Positions 19,331-30,743 are shown, numbered from the stretch's first letter. The stretch: 64,000 nucleotides of DNA from an uncultured Gammaproteobacteria bacterium (GCA_964537895.1 CAZIDK010000003.1:1171-65170), one strand, 5' to 3'. Numbers and translations are program-made. Notes: generated by a model from the sequence alone, not told the origin.

Positions 19331-21367
19331 ATGAACTTATCTTTTATTTTGGACCACAAACTTATTGTTTCCGTTGCCGCGGGAATCCTCTCCATTTTAT
19401 ACGCAGTTTTCTTAAGCTACAGAGTTTTGTCACATGAACGGGGTGACAAAAAAATGAATGATATTTCCGACGCAATAGAAGAAGGCGCAGTTGCCTACAT
19501 GAAAAGACAATATACCGTAGTTGCCGCAATCGGTGCCATCGTTTTTGCAATTTTATATTTTGTTTTTAATCCAATAACTGCAATTGGATTTGCAGTCGGC
19601 GCTGTTTTTAGTACCATCGCAGGCGTTATCGGAATGTCTATTGCCGTTAGAAGTAACATAAGAACCGCACAAGCAGCTAAAAAAGGCCTTGCTGCGGCAT
19701 TTAATTTGGCTTTCCAGGGCGGAGCGGTAACAGGGCTGATGGTTGCAGGACTTGCTCTTTTAGCAGTTTCCGGATTTTATTTTGTTTTAGAAAGATATGC
19801 CCCGGGAAATCTCCAACCGTTAATTGCCTTAGGTTTCGGAGGAAGTTTGATTTCTGTTTTTGCCAGACTTGGAGGGGGAATCTTTACAAAATCTGCCGAT
19901 GTAGGAACAGATATGGTTGGAAAACTGGAGAAAGGAATTCCGGAAGACGATCCAAGAAATCCCGGAGTTATTGCGGATTTGGTAGGGGATAATGTCGGAG
20001 ATGATGCCGGAATGGCAGCGGACTTATTTGAAACTTATGTAATTACGGCAGTCGCCGCTATGATTTTAGGAAATTTAACTTTTCCGGGAAACCAAGCAGT
20101 TTTATTTTACCCGATGTTAATCGGAGCAATTTCTATTGTTGCCTCGATTATCGGAACTTGGTTTGTAAGACTGCGCGGAACAGGAATAATGAACGCTTTG
20201 TATCAAGGTCTAATTGCCTCAATACTTGTTTCCTTGGTAGGATTTTATGCAATAACCGCCGCTGTTTTTCCAAATGGAATCGGAAATATACCAACGCTAA
20301 ATCTTTTTTATGCGTCTATGATTGGCCTGATTGTTACAATCGGAATGGTTGTAATTACGGAATATTTTACTTCCAAAAAATTCTCACCCGTTAGAACAAT
20401 CGCCAACGCATCTTCCACAGGACACGGAACAAATGTAATCGCGGGTTTGGCAGTTTCCATGAAATCCACAATGGCTCCGATTCTTTTAATTGCAGGAGCA
20501 ATTTTAGTTTCGTTTAATCTGGCAGGACTTTATGGAATCGCAATTGCCGCAATGAGCATGTTATCTTTGGCAGGAATTATTGTTGCAATCGATGCTTTCG
20601 GACCAATAACCGATAACGCAGGCGGAATTGCCCAAATGGCCGGTATGGATAAAAAAGTTAGAGACATTACAGATCCTTTGGACGCAGTCGGAAATACGAC
20701 CAAGGCAATTACTAAAGCTTATGCAATCGGGTCTGCGGGACTTGCAGCATTAGTTTTATTTGCAAGCTACACACAAGAATTAAGCAGAAATGGAAGGGTA
20801 TTGGATATGGCAGCATTTTCACTTTCCGATCCAAAAGTAATTATCGGATTATTTATCGGCGGTGCATTACCATACCTTTTTGCAGCCCTTGCAATGGAAG
20901 CTGTTGGAAAAGCCAGCGTTGCAGTTGTTGATGAAGTCAGAAGACAATTCAGGGAAATCAAAGGTCTTATGGAAGGCAAAGCAAAACCCGAATATGCAAA
21001 AGCAGTTGATATTGTAACTCGCGCCGCAATCAAAGAAATGATTTTACCAACTGCAATTACGCTTTTAGCGCCAATTGTTGTTGGTTTTGGTTTAGGCCCA
21101 ACAGCCTTGGGGGGGATGTTAGTCGGAAGCATTGTCACAGGTCTATTCTTAGGAATTTCTATGACTACCGGCGGAGCAGCCTGGGATAACACCAAAAAAT
21201 ATATTGAAGAAGGAAATTTGGGCGGCAAAGGAAGCTTTGCGCACCAAGCGGCAGTTACGGGAGATACTGTTGGCGACCCTTACAAAGATACCGCTGGGCC
21301 TGCAATCAATCCAATGATTAAGGTTTTGAACATTGTAGCTCTCTTAATCGCAGGCTTCCTTGTTTAG
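19331..21367 (+). CDS. hppA: membrane-bound proton-translocating pyrophosphatase (K+-independent type)
   Basis: [30 protein letters not shown] and [10 protein letters not shown] motifs. Confidence 0.95.
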   Translation: MNLSFILDHKLIVSVAAGILSILYAVFLSYRVLSHERGDKKMNDISDAIEEGAVAYMKRQYTVVAAIGAIVFAILYFVFNPITAIGFAVGAVFSTIAGVIGMSIAVRSNIRTAQAAKKGLAAAFNLAFQGGAVTGLMVAGLALLAVSGFYFVLERYAPGNLQPLIALGFGGSLISVFARLGGGIFTKSADVGTDMVGKLEKGIPEDDPRNPGVIADLVGDNVGDDAGMAADLFETYVITAVAAMILGNLTFPGNQAVLFYPMLIGAISIVASIIGTWFVRLRGTGIMNALYQGLIASILVSLVGFYAITAAVFPNGIGNIPTLNLFYASMIGLIVTIGMVVITEYFTSKKFSPVRTIANASSTGHGTNVIAGLAVSMKSTMAPILLIAGAILVSFNLAGLYGIAIAAMSMLSLAGIIVAIDAFGPITDNAGGIAQMAGMDKKVRDITDPLDAVGNTTKAITKAYAIGSAGLAALVLFASYTQELSRNGRVLDMAAFSLSDPKVIIGLFIGGALPYLFAALAMEAVGKASVAVVDEVRRQFREIKGLMEGKAKPEYAKAVDIVTRAAIKEMILPTAITLLAPIVVGFGLGPTALGGMLVGSIVTGLFLGISMTTGGAAWDNTKKYIEEGNLGGKGSFAHQAAVTGDTVGDPYKDTAGPAINPMIKVLNIVALLIAGFLV

Positions 21368-21448
21368 ATACTAGTTACTAGATACTAGAAACTAGTTGAT
21401 AATTTAGGAGAACTAATAACTAATCAACTAGCAACTAATCACTAATTT
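21366..21448. repeat. degenerate heptamer array (CTAGTTA../ACTAATC..)
   Basis: About 11 imperfect 7-mers between hppA and gyrA. Confidence 0.7.
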
Positions 21449-23917
21449 ATGGCAGATATTGGTAAACTTTTAAAAGCAGAAATCTCTACGGAAATGAAGC
21501 GCGCGTACCTTGATTACGCAATGTCTGTTATCGTTTCGCGTGCACTTCCCGATGTAAGAGACGGTTTAAAACCTGTCCACAGACGCATTCTCTTTGCCAT
21601 GCACGAAATGAATTTAACCCACAGCGCAAAATATTCAAAAAGCGCAAAAATTGTCGGAGAGGTAATGGGAAAATACCATCCGCATGGAGACATACCAATT
21701 TATGATTCTTTAGTAAGACTGGCTCAGGATTTTTCCATGCGTTACCCGTTAATTGACGGGCAGGGAAACTTCGGCTCCATGGACGGGGATCCGCCGGCCG
21801 CAATGCGTTATACGGAAGCAAGAATGGCCACGATAACTAACGAAATGATGTTAGACATGGAAAAAGAAACCGTTGATTATCTTGATAACTTTGATGCAAC
21901 TTTAAAAGAACCTGTTTTTCTTCCGAGCCTTTTGCCAAATCTCTTGTTAATGGGAAGTGAGGGAATTGCTGTGGGAATGGCAACGAAAATTCCTCCTCAC
22001 AATTTATCCGAAGTCATTGATGCAACAATGTTTATTATTCAAAAAACAAAAGTTACGCTTGAACCTTTTTCTCTTACTTCTACGGCAACTATTGACGAAC
22101 TTTTGGAATTTATAAAAGGCCCTGATTTCCCAACGGCCGGGGCAATTTACGACATTAACGAAATAAAAAACGTTTACACAACAGGAAAGGGAAGAGTGCT
22201 TATAAGAGGGAGGGCAGAAATTGAAGATATCGGTCAGGGAAAATCGGCAATTATTATAACCGAGCTTCCATACCAAGTAAATAAAGCGCTTTTAGTGGCA
22301 AGAATTGCAGATTTAGCCAAGGAGAAAAGAATTGAAGGAATATCCGATTTAAGGGACGAGTCGGACAGGCACGGAATAAGAGTTGTTGTTGAGCTAAAAA
22401 GAGACGCCGCTCCTAAAAAAGTATTGAATAATTTATTCAAACATACCAGCCTTCAAACAACTTTCTCCGCCAATGTGGTAGCGTTAGTTGACGGCACTCC
22501 TCAAACGCTTAACCTTAAAACAATTTTGGAAGAATTTCTTAAACATAGATATTTGGTTGTTAAAAAAAGAAGTGAATTTGAATTAAGGCAAGCAAAAGCC
22601 AGACTTCATATTCTGGAAGGGTTAAAAATTGCAGTGGACAACATAGACGCTGTTATAAAAACAATCAGAGAATCTAAAGACCAGGAAGAAGCAAAGAAAA
22701 ACTTAATTGCAAAATTTAAACTTTCCGAAATCCAAGCAACGGCAATTTTAGATATGCAGCTAAGACGTTTGGCGGCTTTAGAAAGACAAAAAATAGAAGA
22801 CGAGTACCAAATGGTTAAAGAAACTATTGCCTATCTTGAAGACTTACTCGCACATCCGGCAAAAATTCTTATTGTTATAAAAGAAGAACTAACAAAACTT
22901 AAAGAAAAATACGGAGATGAGAGAAGAACAAAAGTTTACAAAAGCAAAGTCGGAGAATTTTCCGACGAAGATTTAATCCCTAATGAACCGACCGTAATAA
23001 CTCTAACCGACACGGGTTATGTTAAACGTCAAAGCTTGCTAAGCTTTAAAACGCAACAAAGAGGCGGAAAGGGAATAAGAGGAATGACAACCAAAGAAGA
23101 AGACAGCATTGCCCATATCCGCTATTCCGAAACACACGACAATCTCCTTTTCTTTACAAATAAAGGCAAGGTTTACCAACTAAAAGCTTATGAAATTTCC
23201 GAATCGCAAAGAACGAGCAAAGGTACCGCAATCGTTAACTTATTAAATATCGAAGCAGGCGAAAAAGTTGAATCGTTTATAAATTACAGAAAAGACATAA
23301 AAGGCTCTTACATTTTTTTAACAACCAGAACCGGAACCGTTAAAAAATCTAAAATTTCCGATTTTGAAAATATCAGAAGAAGCGGAATTTTGGCTATTAA
23401 GCTTGATAAAAAAGATGAACTTGTCTGGAGTAAATTAACAAGCGGGGAAGACGATATCTTAATCGTAACCAGAAACGGCAAATCAATAAGATTTTCCGAA
23501 AAAGCGGTCAGACCAACAGGCAGAAACACAATGGGAGTCAGGGGAATTAAAATTGCCCCGGATGATCAGGTTATACAAATGGACATTATTATAAAAGGGG
23601 ACAAATCCGAATTTTTAACCATAATGGAAGCTGGAGTTGGTAAAAAATCCCCGGTTAATAATTTTCCAAAACAGGGCAGGGGAGGACAGGGAGTAAAAGT
23701 TGCCCAGATTACGCAAAAAACCGGAAAAGTTGCAGCCGCCCAAATAATTCCCGCTAACAGTCATGAATTAATAATTACTTCCAAAAAAGGCCAGATTGTC
23801 CAGATTAATATTTCCTCTATTCCGAGCCTATCCAGAGCTACGCAAGGAGTAATTCTTATGCGCTTTTCCAATCCAAATGATCACGTTGCTTCGGCAACCT
23901 GCATTGAAAAAGACTAA
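21449..23917 (+). CDS. gyrA: DNA gyrase subunit A
   Basis: [23 protein letters not shown] and GyrA-box QQRGGKG. Confidence 0.97.
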   Translation: MADIGKLLKAEISTEMKRAYLDYAMSVIVSRALPDVRDGLKPVHRRILFAMHEMNLTHSAKYSKSAKIVGEVMGKYHPHGDIPIYDSLVRLAQDFSMRYPLIDGQGNFGSMDGDPPAAMRYTEARMATITNEMMLDMEKETVDYLDNFDATLKEPVFLPSLLPNLLLMGSEGIAVGMATKIPPHNLSEVIDATMFIIQKTKVTLEPFSLTSTATIDELLEFIKGPDFPTAGAIYDINEIKNVYTTGKGRVLIRGRAEIEDIGQGKSAIIITELPYQVNKALLVARIADLAKEKRIEGISDLRDESDRHGIRVVVELKRDAAPKKVLNNLFKHTSLQTTFSANVVALVDGTPQTLNLKTILEEFLKHRYLVVKKRSEFELRQAKARLHILEGLKIAVDNIDAVIKTIRESKDQEEAKKNLIAKFKLSEIQATAILDMQLRRLAALERQKIEDEYQMVKETIAYLEDLLAHPAKILIVIKEELTKLKEKYGDERRTKVYKSKVGEFSDEDLIPNEPTVITLTDTGYVKRQSLLSFKTQQRGGKGIRGMTTKEEDSIAHIRYSETHDNLLFFTNKGKVYQLKAYEISESQRTSKGTAIVNLLNIEAGEKVESFINYRKDIKGSYIFLTTRTGTVKKSKISDFENIRRSGILAIKLDKKDELVWSKLTSGEDDILIVTRNGKSIRFSEKAVRPTGRNTMGVRGIKIAPDDQVIQMDIIIKGDKSEFLTIMEAGVGKKSPVNNFPKQGRGGQGVKVAQITQKTGKVAAAQIIPANSHELIITSKKGQIVQINISSIPSLSRATQGVILMRFSNPNDHVASATCIEKD

Positions 23918-23920
23918 AAG

Positions 23921-23998
23921 ATAGCGTATAGGAAATAGCGTATAGGGTATAGTTAACCAGACACTAAACGCTAGACGCTAATAACTAATCACTGATTT
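23921..23998. repeat. degenerate heptamer array (ATAGCGT../GCTAGAC..)
   Basis: About 11 imperfect 7-mers between gyrA and folD. Confidence 0.72.
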
Positions 23999-24832
23999 AT
24001 GATAATAGATGGCAAAAGCATTGCTTCCCAAATCCTCGAAAGTCTAAAAGCGCAAGTTGAAAAACTAAAGAGAAAAGGCATTATTCCTCACTTGCATATA
24101 ATTATTTTTTCCGAAGACTCTTCTTCCGCTTCTTACGTCAGACAAAAAATCTTAAAAGGGAGATTGATTAGCGCAAAAATAACCGTAGTTAAAAAAAATC
24201 CTAAAATTAACACTGTAGATTTGGTTAAGAAAATAGAAAAACTAAATAAAGATAACTCTATACATGGAATTATTGTTCAAAGACCAATGCCCAAACAGCT
24301 TAACGAAGAGGACATAACCCTAGCTGTTGATCCTAAAAAAGATGTTGACGGTTTTCATCCGCAATCAAGATTTGGCATTCCTGTTGTCCTGGCAGTTTTA
24401 AAAATATTGGAAACGGTTCACGAAACAGAATTTGAGACCTGGCTCAAATCACAAAAAATTGCTGTTATCGGTAAGGGATTAACTGCCGGAAAACCCATTG
24501 CAAATTTTTTACGTAAATTAGGGGTTCAACCCCTAATTATAGATAGTGAAACTAAAAATAAGAAAGAACTTTTAAAAAATTCAGATATTATAATAAGCGC
24601 GGTTGGAAAGCCAGATGTTTTTGATAGTTCTGAAATTAAAAACGGCGCAGTATTAATAGGCGTTGGTTTACATAAAGAAACCGACGGAAAGTTTCACGGA
24701 GATTACAACGAAGAAAAAATCAAAAATATTGCCGGCTTTTACACACCGACTCCCGGCGGAGTGGGGCCGGTTAACGTTACGATGTTATTAAAAAACCTGG
24801 TCGAATCTGCCGAAGATAATTTAACTACTTAG
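23999..24832 (+). CDS. folD: methylenetetrahydrofolate dehydrogenase/cyclohydrolase
   Basis: IDGK.IA, KDVDG and TPTPGGVGP motifs. Confidence 0.93.
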   Translation: MIIDGKSIASQILESLKAQVEKLKRKGIIPHLHIIIFSEDSSSASYVRQKILKGRLISAKITVVKKNPKINTVDLVKKIEKLNKDNSIHGIIVQRPMPKQLNEEDITLAVDPKKDVDGFHPQSRFGIPVVLAVLKILETVHETEFETWLKSQKIAVIGKGLTAGKPIANFLRKLGVQPLIIDSETKNKKELLKNSDIIISAVGKPDVFDSSEIKNGAVLIGVGLHKETDGKFHGDYNEEKIKNIAGFYTPTPGGVGPVNVTMLLKNLVESAEDNLTT

Positions 24833-25718
24833 ACCATCTGGCAAAAATCCCGGTTGAAAGAAGTCTATCTCCATCTTTTTCCTGCAAAGCCAATTCCCCG
24901 TATTCAAAATTTCCTCCCAAATCACTTAAGTAATCTTGTAAAACATTATTAAGCATTATTGACGACGAAGAAATTGCGTAAGCGTTAACAATAACAAATA
25001 GGGAATTCTCGGATAAGATATTTTTACAAATTTCCATAAGTTTTGGGAACGACTCGTTGAAATCCCATTTTTCCCCCTCCGGTCCGTGCCCATAAATAGG
25101 AGGATCCATAATTATGGCGTCGTATTTCACATTTCTTTTTACTTCTCTTTGAGTAAATTTTATAGCATCATCTATTATCCAACGGATGGGTTTTTGTAAA
25201 AGCCCCGACGCCTCCTGATTTTCCCGCGCCCAGGAGATAGACGGTTTCGAAGCATCAACGTGTGTCACTTTTGCTCCGTTTGCTGCACAAACTAACGAAG
25301 ATATTCCGGTGTATCCAAACAAATTTAGAACACTAATTTCTCTCTTGTCCTGCCTGCCCGCCTCTGGAGGGAGCTGCCGAAGGGATATTTTTTCTTCCAT
25401 AAAATCCCAGTGCAAAGATTGTTCGGGAAAAACACCCGTGTGTTTAAAAGGGGTAAGCTTGCAAAAAAAAGATAAGTTTTTATATTTTAAAAGCCATTTC
25501 TCCGGAACCTTACCCCTGTTGTCCCAACTTCCCTTATTGCCGTTTTGAATATAGATAGCATCGGCTTTTTCCCAAACGCTATTATCTTTTTTGGGCTTCC
25601 AAGTAATTTGCGGGTCGGGTCTAACTAGCACATATTTTCCAAAGCGCTCTAATCTTTGGCCGTTACCGCTATCAATAAGTTCGTAATCCTCAAAGCCTTT
25701 CGTCGAAAGAACATTCAT
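24825..25718 (-). CDS. class I SAM-dependent methyltransferase (RlmI/YwbD-like)
   Basis: YELIDSG..RLERFG, HTGVFPEQ, LNLFGYTG and DPP motifs. Confidence 0.88.
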   Translation of the reverse strand: MNVLSTKGFEDYELIDSGNGQRLERFGKYVLVRPDPQITWKPKKDNSVWEKADAIYIQNGNKGSWDNRGKVPEKWLLKYKNLSFFCKLTPFKHTGVFPEQSLHWDFMEEKISLRQLPPEAGRQDKREISVLNLFGYTGISSLVCAANGAKVTHVDASKPSISWARENQEASGLLQKPIRWIIDDAIKFTQREVKRNVKYDAIIMDPPIYGHGPEGEKWDFNESFPKLMEICKNILSENSLFVIVNAYAISSSSIMLNNVLQDYLSDLGGNFEYGELALQEKDGDRLLSTGIFARWSK

Positions 25719-26674
25719 ATTAGTCTTTCTTTAAGAAACTGCTTAAAATCAGCAATACTTTTTTCGTTGTAGATAGAAATTGTCAAAACCGGCTTTTCAA
25801 ATTTTTTCAATTTGCTTATATTTTTTTCTAACGCGTTCTCATCTACAAGATCTGTTTTTGTTAAAAGTATTATTTCCGGTTTGGCAATTAAAATTTTGTC
25901 GTATTCCTTAAACTCATTTCTAACCGTTTTATATGCCTTAACAACGTCCTCTATTGTGGAATCTATGCAGTGAATAAGAAGCTCTGTTTTTTCAACGTGT
26001 TTAAGAAATTTTATCCCCAAACCCCTGCCTTTCGATGCTCCTTCCATTAAACCGGGGATATCGCCAAGAACAATTCCATCAAGAACTCCCAAGTTTGGTT
26101 CAAGCGTTGTAAACGGATAATTACCGATTTTAGGATGCGCATTGGTTAGCTCTTTAAGCAAACTGCTTTTACCTGCATTCGGAAATCCGATAAAGCCAAC
26201 TTGAGCGATAAGTCTCAATTCCAGACGGACGACTTTTTCTTCTCCGCGGGTCCCGTCCTCGGCTTGCATTGGAGCCTGATTTGTTGCGGATTTAAACTCG
26301 TTATTGCCTCTGCCGCCTTTACCTCCCAAAGCTAAAACAACTTGCGTTGTTATATCTGTAATTTCGTAAGCCTTACCTGCTGCCTCTGTAATCCTTGTTC
26401 CCAAAGGAACTTTTATAATAATATTTTCTCCGTTTCTGCCGTATAGGTTTTGTTTTTTCCCAGGAATTCCATTTTCCGCATAAATTTTCTTCTTATACCT
26501 AAATTCACCAAGATCAAAAACATCGGTTGACCCTTGGAAAAAAACACTTCCGCCATTTCCCCCATTGCCTCCATCGGGACCGCCTCTTGCCGTCCTTGCA
26601 TTTCTCATAAAAGAAACGGAACCATTGCCGCCGTCGCCGGCTTTTATCATTATGGTAATATCGTCTATTAACAT
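25715..26674 (-). CDS. obgE: Obg-family GTPase
   Basis: Gly-rich Obg domain, GFPNAGKSS, YPFTT, DIPG and TKTD motifs. Confidence 0.95.
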   Translation of the reverse strand: MLIDDITIMIKAGDGGNGSVSFMRNARTARGGPDGGNGGNGGSVFFQGSTDVFDLGEFRYKKKIYAENGIPGKKQNLYGRNGENIIIKVPLGTRITEAAGKAYEITDITTQVVLALGGKGGRGNNEFKSATNQAPMQAEDGTRGEEKVVRLELRLIAQVGFIGFPNAGKSSLLKELTNAHPKIGNYPFTTLEPNLGVLDGIVLGDIPGLMEGASKGRGLGIKFLKHVEKTELLIHCIDSTIEDVVKAYKTVRNEFKEYDKILIAKPEIILLTKTDLVDENALEKNISKLKKFEKPVLTISIYNEKSIADFKQFLKERLI

Positions 26675-26735
26675 GCCTGTATTGTATCATTAATAGGGGG
26701 TGAAAAATCATTACAAATATAGTAAAATAGTTATC

Positions 26736-27302
26736 ATGACAAAAAACTTTATTCTCGGCATTGTTTTTATAGCTGTAGTCCTTGGTCTTGGCGGGCTTTT
26801 TATAATGCAGCAAACGAGTCAGAAAAATCCCTTGGAAAATAATAATATTACAAGTTCGACAGCTCCTGCGCCCTCGTCAAACGCGGCTGACGCAACACAG
26901 ACTCCAACTATTCAGATTACCCAAACTCCAGAACCAATCGAACAAAATAGTTCTCAAAGTGGTAGTATGATAACTATGCCGGACGGATTAAAAATTCAAG
27001 ATCTTAAAGTAGGCGGGGGGCAAGAAGCAAAATCGGGAAGTACTGTTACGGTAAATTATCTTGGGACTTTGGAAAACGGAACAAAATTTGATAGTTCTTA
27101 CGACAGAAACCAACCCTTTACTACCCAAATTGGGGTAGGAACAGTTATTAAAGGCTGGGACGAGGGCATAGTGGGAATGAAAATCGGCGGAAAAAGAAAA
27201 TTAATAATTCCTGCTGAACTTGGCTACGGCGCGCAAGCCGCGGGAACAATTCCTCCAAACTCGGTTTTAGTCTTTGAAGTAGAATTACTGGACGTAAAAT
27301 AG
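26736..27302 (+). CDS. FKBP-type peptidyl-prolyl isomerase with N-terminal membrane anchor
   Basis: VNYLG.LENG.KFDSS, VIKGWDEG and IPPNS.L.FEVEL motifs. Confidence 0.92.
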   Translation: MTKNFILGIVFIAVVLGLGGLFIMQQTSQKNPLENNNITSSTAPAPSSNAADATQTPTIQITQTPEPIEQNSSQSGSMITMPDGLKIQDLKVGGGQEAKSGSTVTVNYLGTLENGTKFDSSYDRNQPFTTQIGVGTVIKGWDEGIVGMKIGGKRKLIIPAELGYGAQAAGTIPPNSVLVFEVELLDVK

Positions 27303-27345
27303 ACCTAATATTGACATAAAAGGTAAAATCATTTACGATTAATTT

Positions 27346-28173
27346 ATGACCTCTTGGTTTGAAAAATATCAAAAACCGTTTGTTATTATCTTTCTTTTTT
27401 TTGCAGGCCTCTTTTTATATACCAAACTTGCGGGCCCCATTCCTTTTTACATAAATAGCGTCAACACAACCAAAACCGACCTTTTTAGCTCAAGTGGGGA
27501 AGGGCGCGCCTCCGCAGTTCCCGATACTGCTTCTGTAAGCTTAGGGATAACCCAACAAGCAGCTACGGTTTCCGAAGCGCAAAATAAAACAAATGAAACG
27601 GCAGATAAAATCATCGAGAGCATTAAAAAACTTGGGATTTCCCAAAAAGATATAAAAACTACAAATTATTCTGTTAATCCTAATTATGGTTCTAATATTA
27701 GACCTCTTCAAGAGGATGGAGTAAGTGGGGCAGAAATTCAAATGTATCCTGTTCCCCCTACCCGAGGAAGCGAACAACCAATAATAGGATATACGGTAAC
27801 ACAGAATTTAGAGATAAAAGTAAAACCTGTTGATAAAGTAAATCAGGTAATTGATGCTTCAACTAAATCGGGAGCAAATCTTGTCGGAGGAGTCAATTTT
27901 ACATTTTCAGACGACTTAAAAAAATCATTGGAAAATAAAGCAAGAAAAGAAGCGGTAGATGCCGCAAGAGCAAAAGCGCAAAGCTTAGCAAGCGCAGCCG
28001 GAGTAAGACTTGGAAAAGTAGTAAACGTTGTTGAAAATTCTAATTTCCCTTATTACCCCGTTGCTTTAAAAACAGAGGCAGGGCAAGGTGGGGACCAACC
28101 TATATCTTCTAATGTTACACCCGGAGAAAACGAAGTTTCAATTAATGTTGTTATCTACTACGAAACCTATTGA
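27346..28173 (+). CDS. SIMPL (DUF541) domain protein
   Basis: GEG...AVPD.A, IKTTNYSV.P.Y and AV..AR.KA..LA motifs. Confidence 0.9.
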   Translation: MTSWFEKYQKPFVIIFLFFAGLFLYTKLAGPIPFYINSVNTTKTDLFSSSGEGRASAVPDTASVSLGITQQAATVSEAQNKTNETADKIIESIKKLGISQKDIKTTNYSVNPNYGSNIRPLQEDGVSGAEIQMYPVPPTRGSEQPIIGYTVTQNLEIKVKPVDKVNQVIDASTKSGANLVGGVNFTFSDDLKKSLENKARKEAVDAARAKAQSLASAAGVRLGKVVNVVENSNFPYYPVALKTEAGQGGDQPISSNVTPGENEVSINVVIYYETY

Positions 28174-28958
28174 ACGGCTTTCTTTGCAGCAAGATTTGAG
28201 GGTATTTTCCTATCGGGGAAAATATCGTCTGCAATAATCCACATATCAAGTCTTTTTTGAGCAAGTTTTTCACTTCCTGTAAATAAAGAGAAAGTGTTGA
28301 ATATGGCTTTTTCTTTTCCCAGCTCGCCATATAATTCCATATTCGGAGCCATTATTGCCGCTGCTCCGGCTATTTCCATAGCATCACCTTTGTGATTTGT
28401 TGGAATTTCCTCCAAATATTCAAGTCCGCTAAACGCTTTTATTACAAATTCGTCTGTCCAAATTTCCTGATTTCTCTGCATTCCACCGACATATGGATAA
28501 GTACTTCCATCAAATGCCTTACTGCCCATTGCAGAAGCTCCGCTTTCCATCATGTGAGTTATCCATAACATTTTCCAATCAATTCCAAATTTTTCAGAAG
28601 CGGAAATGTAAATAGAACCATACATTTTAAGAGCAGCTATCCACTTATCACTAAATTTACCTGATTCTTCCGCTATTTTTGCATATTGTTCTGTTTTATT
28701 TTGAAGATCTAATATTTTTTGTTCAACGGGAGAAAGGCTCGGCTCAGGAGAAGGGGACGGGGAAGGGGAAAGAGTTTCCAAATCAGGATCACCTATTTCT
28801 ACGGGCTTAAAATTAAGCCGGGAATAATCGAAAGGCTTAGAGGGTGGTATACCCGAAGTATCTCTTGTTACTAAAACATTAATAGCCCCCGCAATAGTTG
28901 CAGCTCCCGCAGCTTTTAGGAGGTCTCTTCTTGATATTGTTGGTTCTCTATCCTTCAT
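28167..28958 (-). CDS. exported protein with twin-arginine-like leader and lysozyme/SLT-like domain
   Basis: SRRDLLK plus hydrophobic helix; Y..A.EKFGIDW..L...H..ES and GGMQ motifs. Confidence 0.65.
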   Translation of the reverse strand: MKDREPTISRRDLLKAAGAATIAGAINVLVTRDTSGIPPSKPFDYSRLNFKPVEIGDPDLETLSPSPSPSPEPSLSPVEQKILDLQNKTEQYAKIAEESGKFSDKWIAALKMYGSIYISASEKFGIDWKMLWITHMMESGASAMGSKAFDGSTYPYVGGMQRNQEIWTDEFVIKAFSGLEYLEEIPTNHKGDAMEIAGAAAIMAPNMELYGELGKEKAIFNTFSLFTGSEKLAQKRLDMWIIADDIFPDRKIPSNLAAKKAVQ

Positions 28959-29079
28959 AAGGTTAATTTAAATACTAGATACCTATTATATGTACGCTGT
29001 AAACGCGGAAATTAAATTGAAAATATCCCTGGGGGATGAAGCTATTATAGCTTATTTTGATTCTTCCCGCAACCTTTGA

Positions 29080-30018
29080 CTACTTATTACCAGAATGAAA
29101 TGATTTGTGGACGTCGTGAAGCTGTTTATTGGTGATGTGAGTGTAAATTTGCGTTGTGGCTATATTCTTGTGCCCCAGCATTTCCTGAACACTTCTAATA
29201 TCCGCTCCGTTTGTCAGAAGGTCTGTTGCGAATGAGTGGCGGAATGTGTGAACGGTTGCGTCAACCGGAATTCTGGCACTCCTTACATATTTTTTTACCA
29301 AGCGCTCAACGCTTCGGGCTGTTAACCTCATTTTTTCCCCTCCGTTTTCTTGGATAATTGCTCCGGAATACCTGATAAAAAGAGGTTTAAAACTATCCTC
29401 GCGTTTATCAAGATAACGCTTTATCCATTCCGCAGCCCTGCCGGAAACAAAAACCAGCCTTGATTTCCCGCCTTTTCCAATAACCCCAAATTCTCGCCTT
29501 TCCAAATTTATTCTATCCCTGTTTAATCCGACAAGTTCCGAAACCCTAAGCCCGGTGGAAAAGAGAAGCTCCATTATCGCTCTGTCCCTTAAGCCTTCCT
29601 CTTTTGACGTATCTGTCGCTGTTACAAGCCTGTCAACTTGTTCTTTTTCTAAAAATTTTAGACTGCGGCTTTCGGTTCTTGGAAGATCAATTTTTGAAGG
29701 CTCCAGGGTTTCGTGGTCGTTTTTTATTAAAAATCTAAGGAATGACCGGAGGGCAATAACGTAATAATTCTGCGTAACACGCATTAAGGTTAAGCCTTTA
29801 GCATCGGCCCTATTTGCCAAAAAAACTCTATATTTTCTAACCGTGGCCAAATCTAAAGTTTCTAAAGTTTTTCCGTGTGAGGTAGTGGAGAACCATTGAT
29901 TAAAAACATCCAAATAATGTCTGTAATCCCGAATAGTAAGCTTAGAACAATTTTTTTCTATTTCAAGATATTCCAAAAATTCGTCTATGAACCCCGAAAG
30001 AGCAGTATTTTCTTCCAT
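29080..30018 (-). CDS. xerC: XerC/XerD-type tyrosine recombinase
   Basis: RDRA..ELL.STGLRVSEL, GKGGK, HTFRHSFAT and LGH....TTQIYT motifs; start at MEENT. Confidence 0.9.
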   Translation of the reverse strand: MEENTALSGFIDEFLEYLEIEKNCSKLTIRDYRHYLDVFNQWFSTTSHGKTLETLDLATVRKYRVFLANRADAKGLTLMRVTQNYYVIALRSFLRFLIKNDHETLEPSKIDLPRTESRSLKFLEKEQVDRLVTATDTSKEEGLRDRAIMELLFSTGLRVSELVGLNRDRINLERREFGVIGKGGKSRLVFVSGRAAEWIKRYLDKREDSFKPLFIRYSGAIIQENGGEKMRLTARSVERLVKKYVRSARIPVDATVHTFRHSFATDLLTNGADIRSVQEMLGHKNIATTQIYTHITNKQLHDVHKSFHSGNK

Positions 30019-30198
30019 AAATCTAAAAATTAACCGTTTTGGTAAAGCTAGCTTCATTTTGCGACGCTTGTGTTGTAAAATGAAGCAAACATAAACACCA
30101 TCTATAATCTATTGTGCGACGCTACTTATTATCAGTATGAAGCTAGTGGGAGAATTTGTCAAATTGACAATAAATCATTGAACTGTTAATCTAATATT

Positions 30199-30729
30199 AT
30201 GGATGCAAGATACAATGAAAGACCGCCAATGGCACACCCGCAAGAACCAAGACTGGATACAGGAGGCGAAAAACCGCCGGTTAGGACTCAGGCGCATCAG
30301 CCTTTATCACGCAGAATTAGAGGCGCTTTGGGACAACTCCGTGAAACATTTGTAGCAATAGATAAAAAAATTCCGCCGGAAGATATTACTTTACAAAAAA
30401 CAGCAGACGTTATCAACGAGTATGTTTCTCATCCAAGCAACGAAAGACGGGGATTTCGTCCGGAACAAATACCTTTCGATATAACAGATATGCTTGTTCA
30501 GATGGGTTATGGAGCAACATTCTTGCAAACGGGCGACTTTATGGAAAAACACCAGCAAGCATACAGCATAGTTAGAAGAAGGCTATCGGAAGCTTCCCAA
30601 ATGGGAGGCGTTCAGATGGAAGAATTATCTGTACCATCATCCCACGGAGAAACAATTGCTTATCACGTTTCCAACCTTGAAATTCTTAGGAAAATAGCCT
30701 CGGGAGAAATTAAACCACCAAGCGCGTAA
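30199..30729 (+). CDS. hypothetical protein
   Basis: 176-aa ORF with TTGACA upstream. Confidence 0.65.
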   Translation: MDARYNERPPMAHPQEPRLDTGGEKPPVRTQAHQPLSRRIRGALGQLRETFVAIDKKIPPEDITLQKTADVINEYVSHPSNERRGFRPEQIPFDITDMLVQMGYGATFLQTGDFMEKHQQAYSIVRRRLSEASQMGGVQMEELSVPSSHGETIAYHVSNLEILRKIASGEIKPPSA

Positions 30730-30743
30730 ACCCTAGCTGCATA

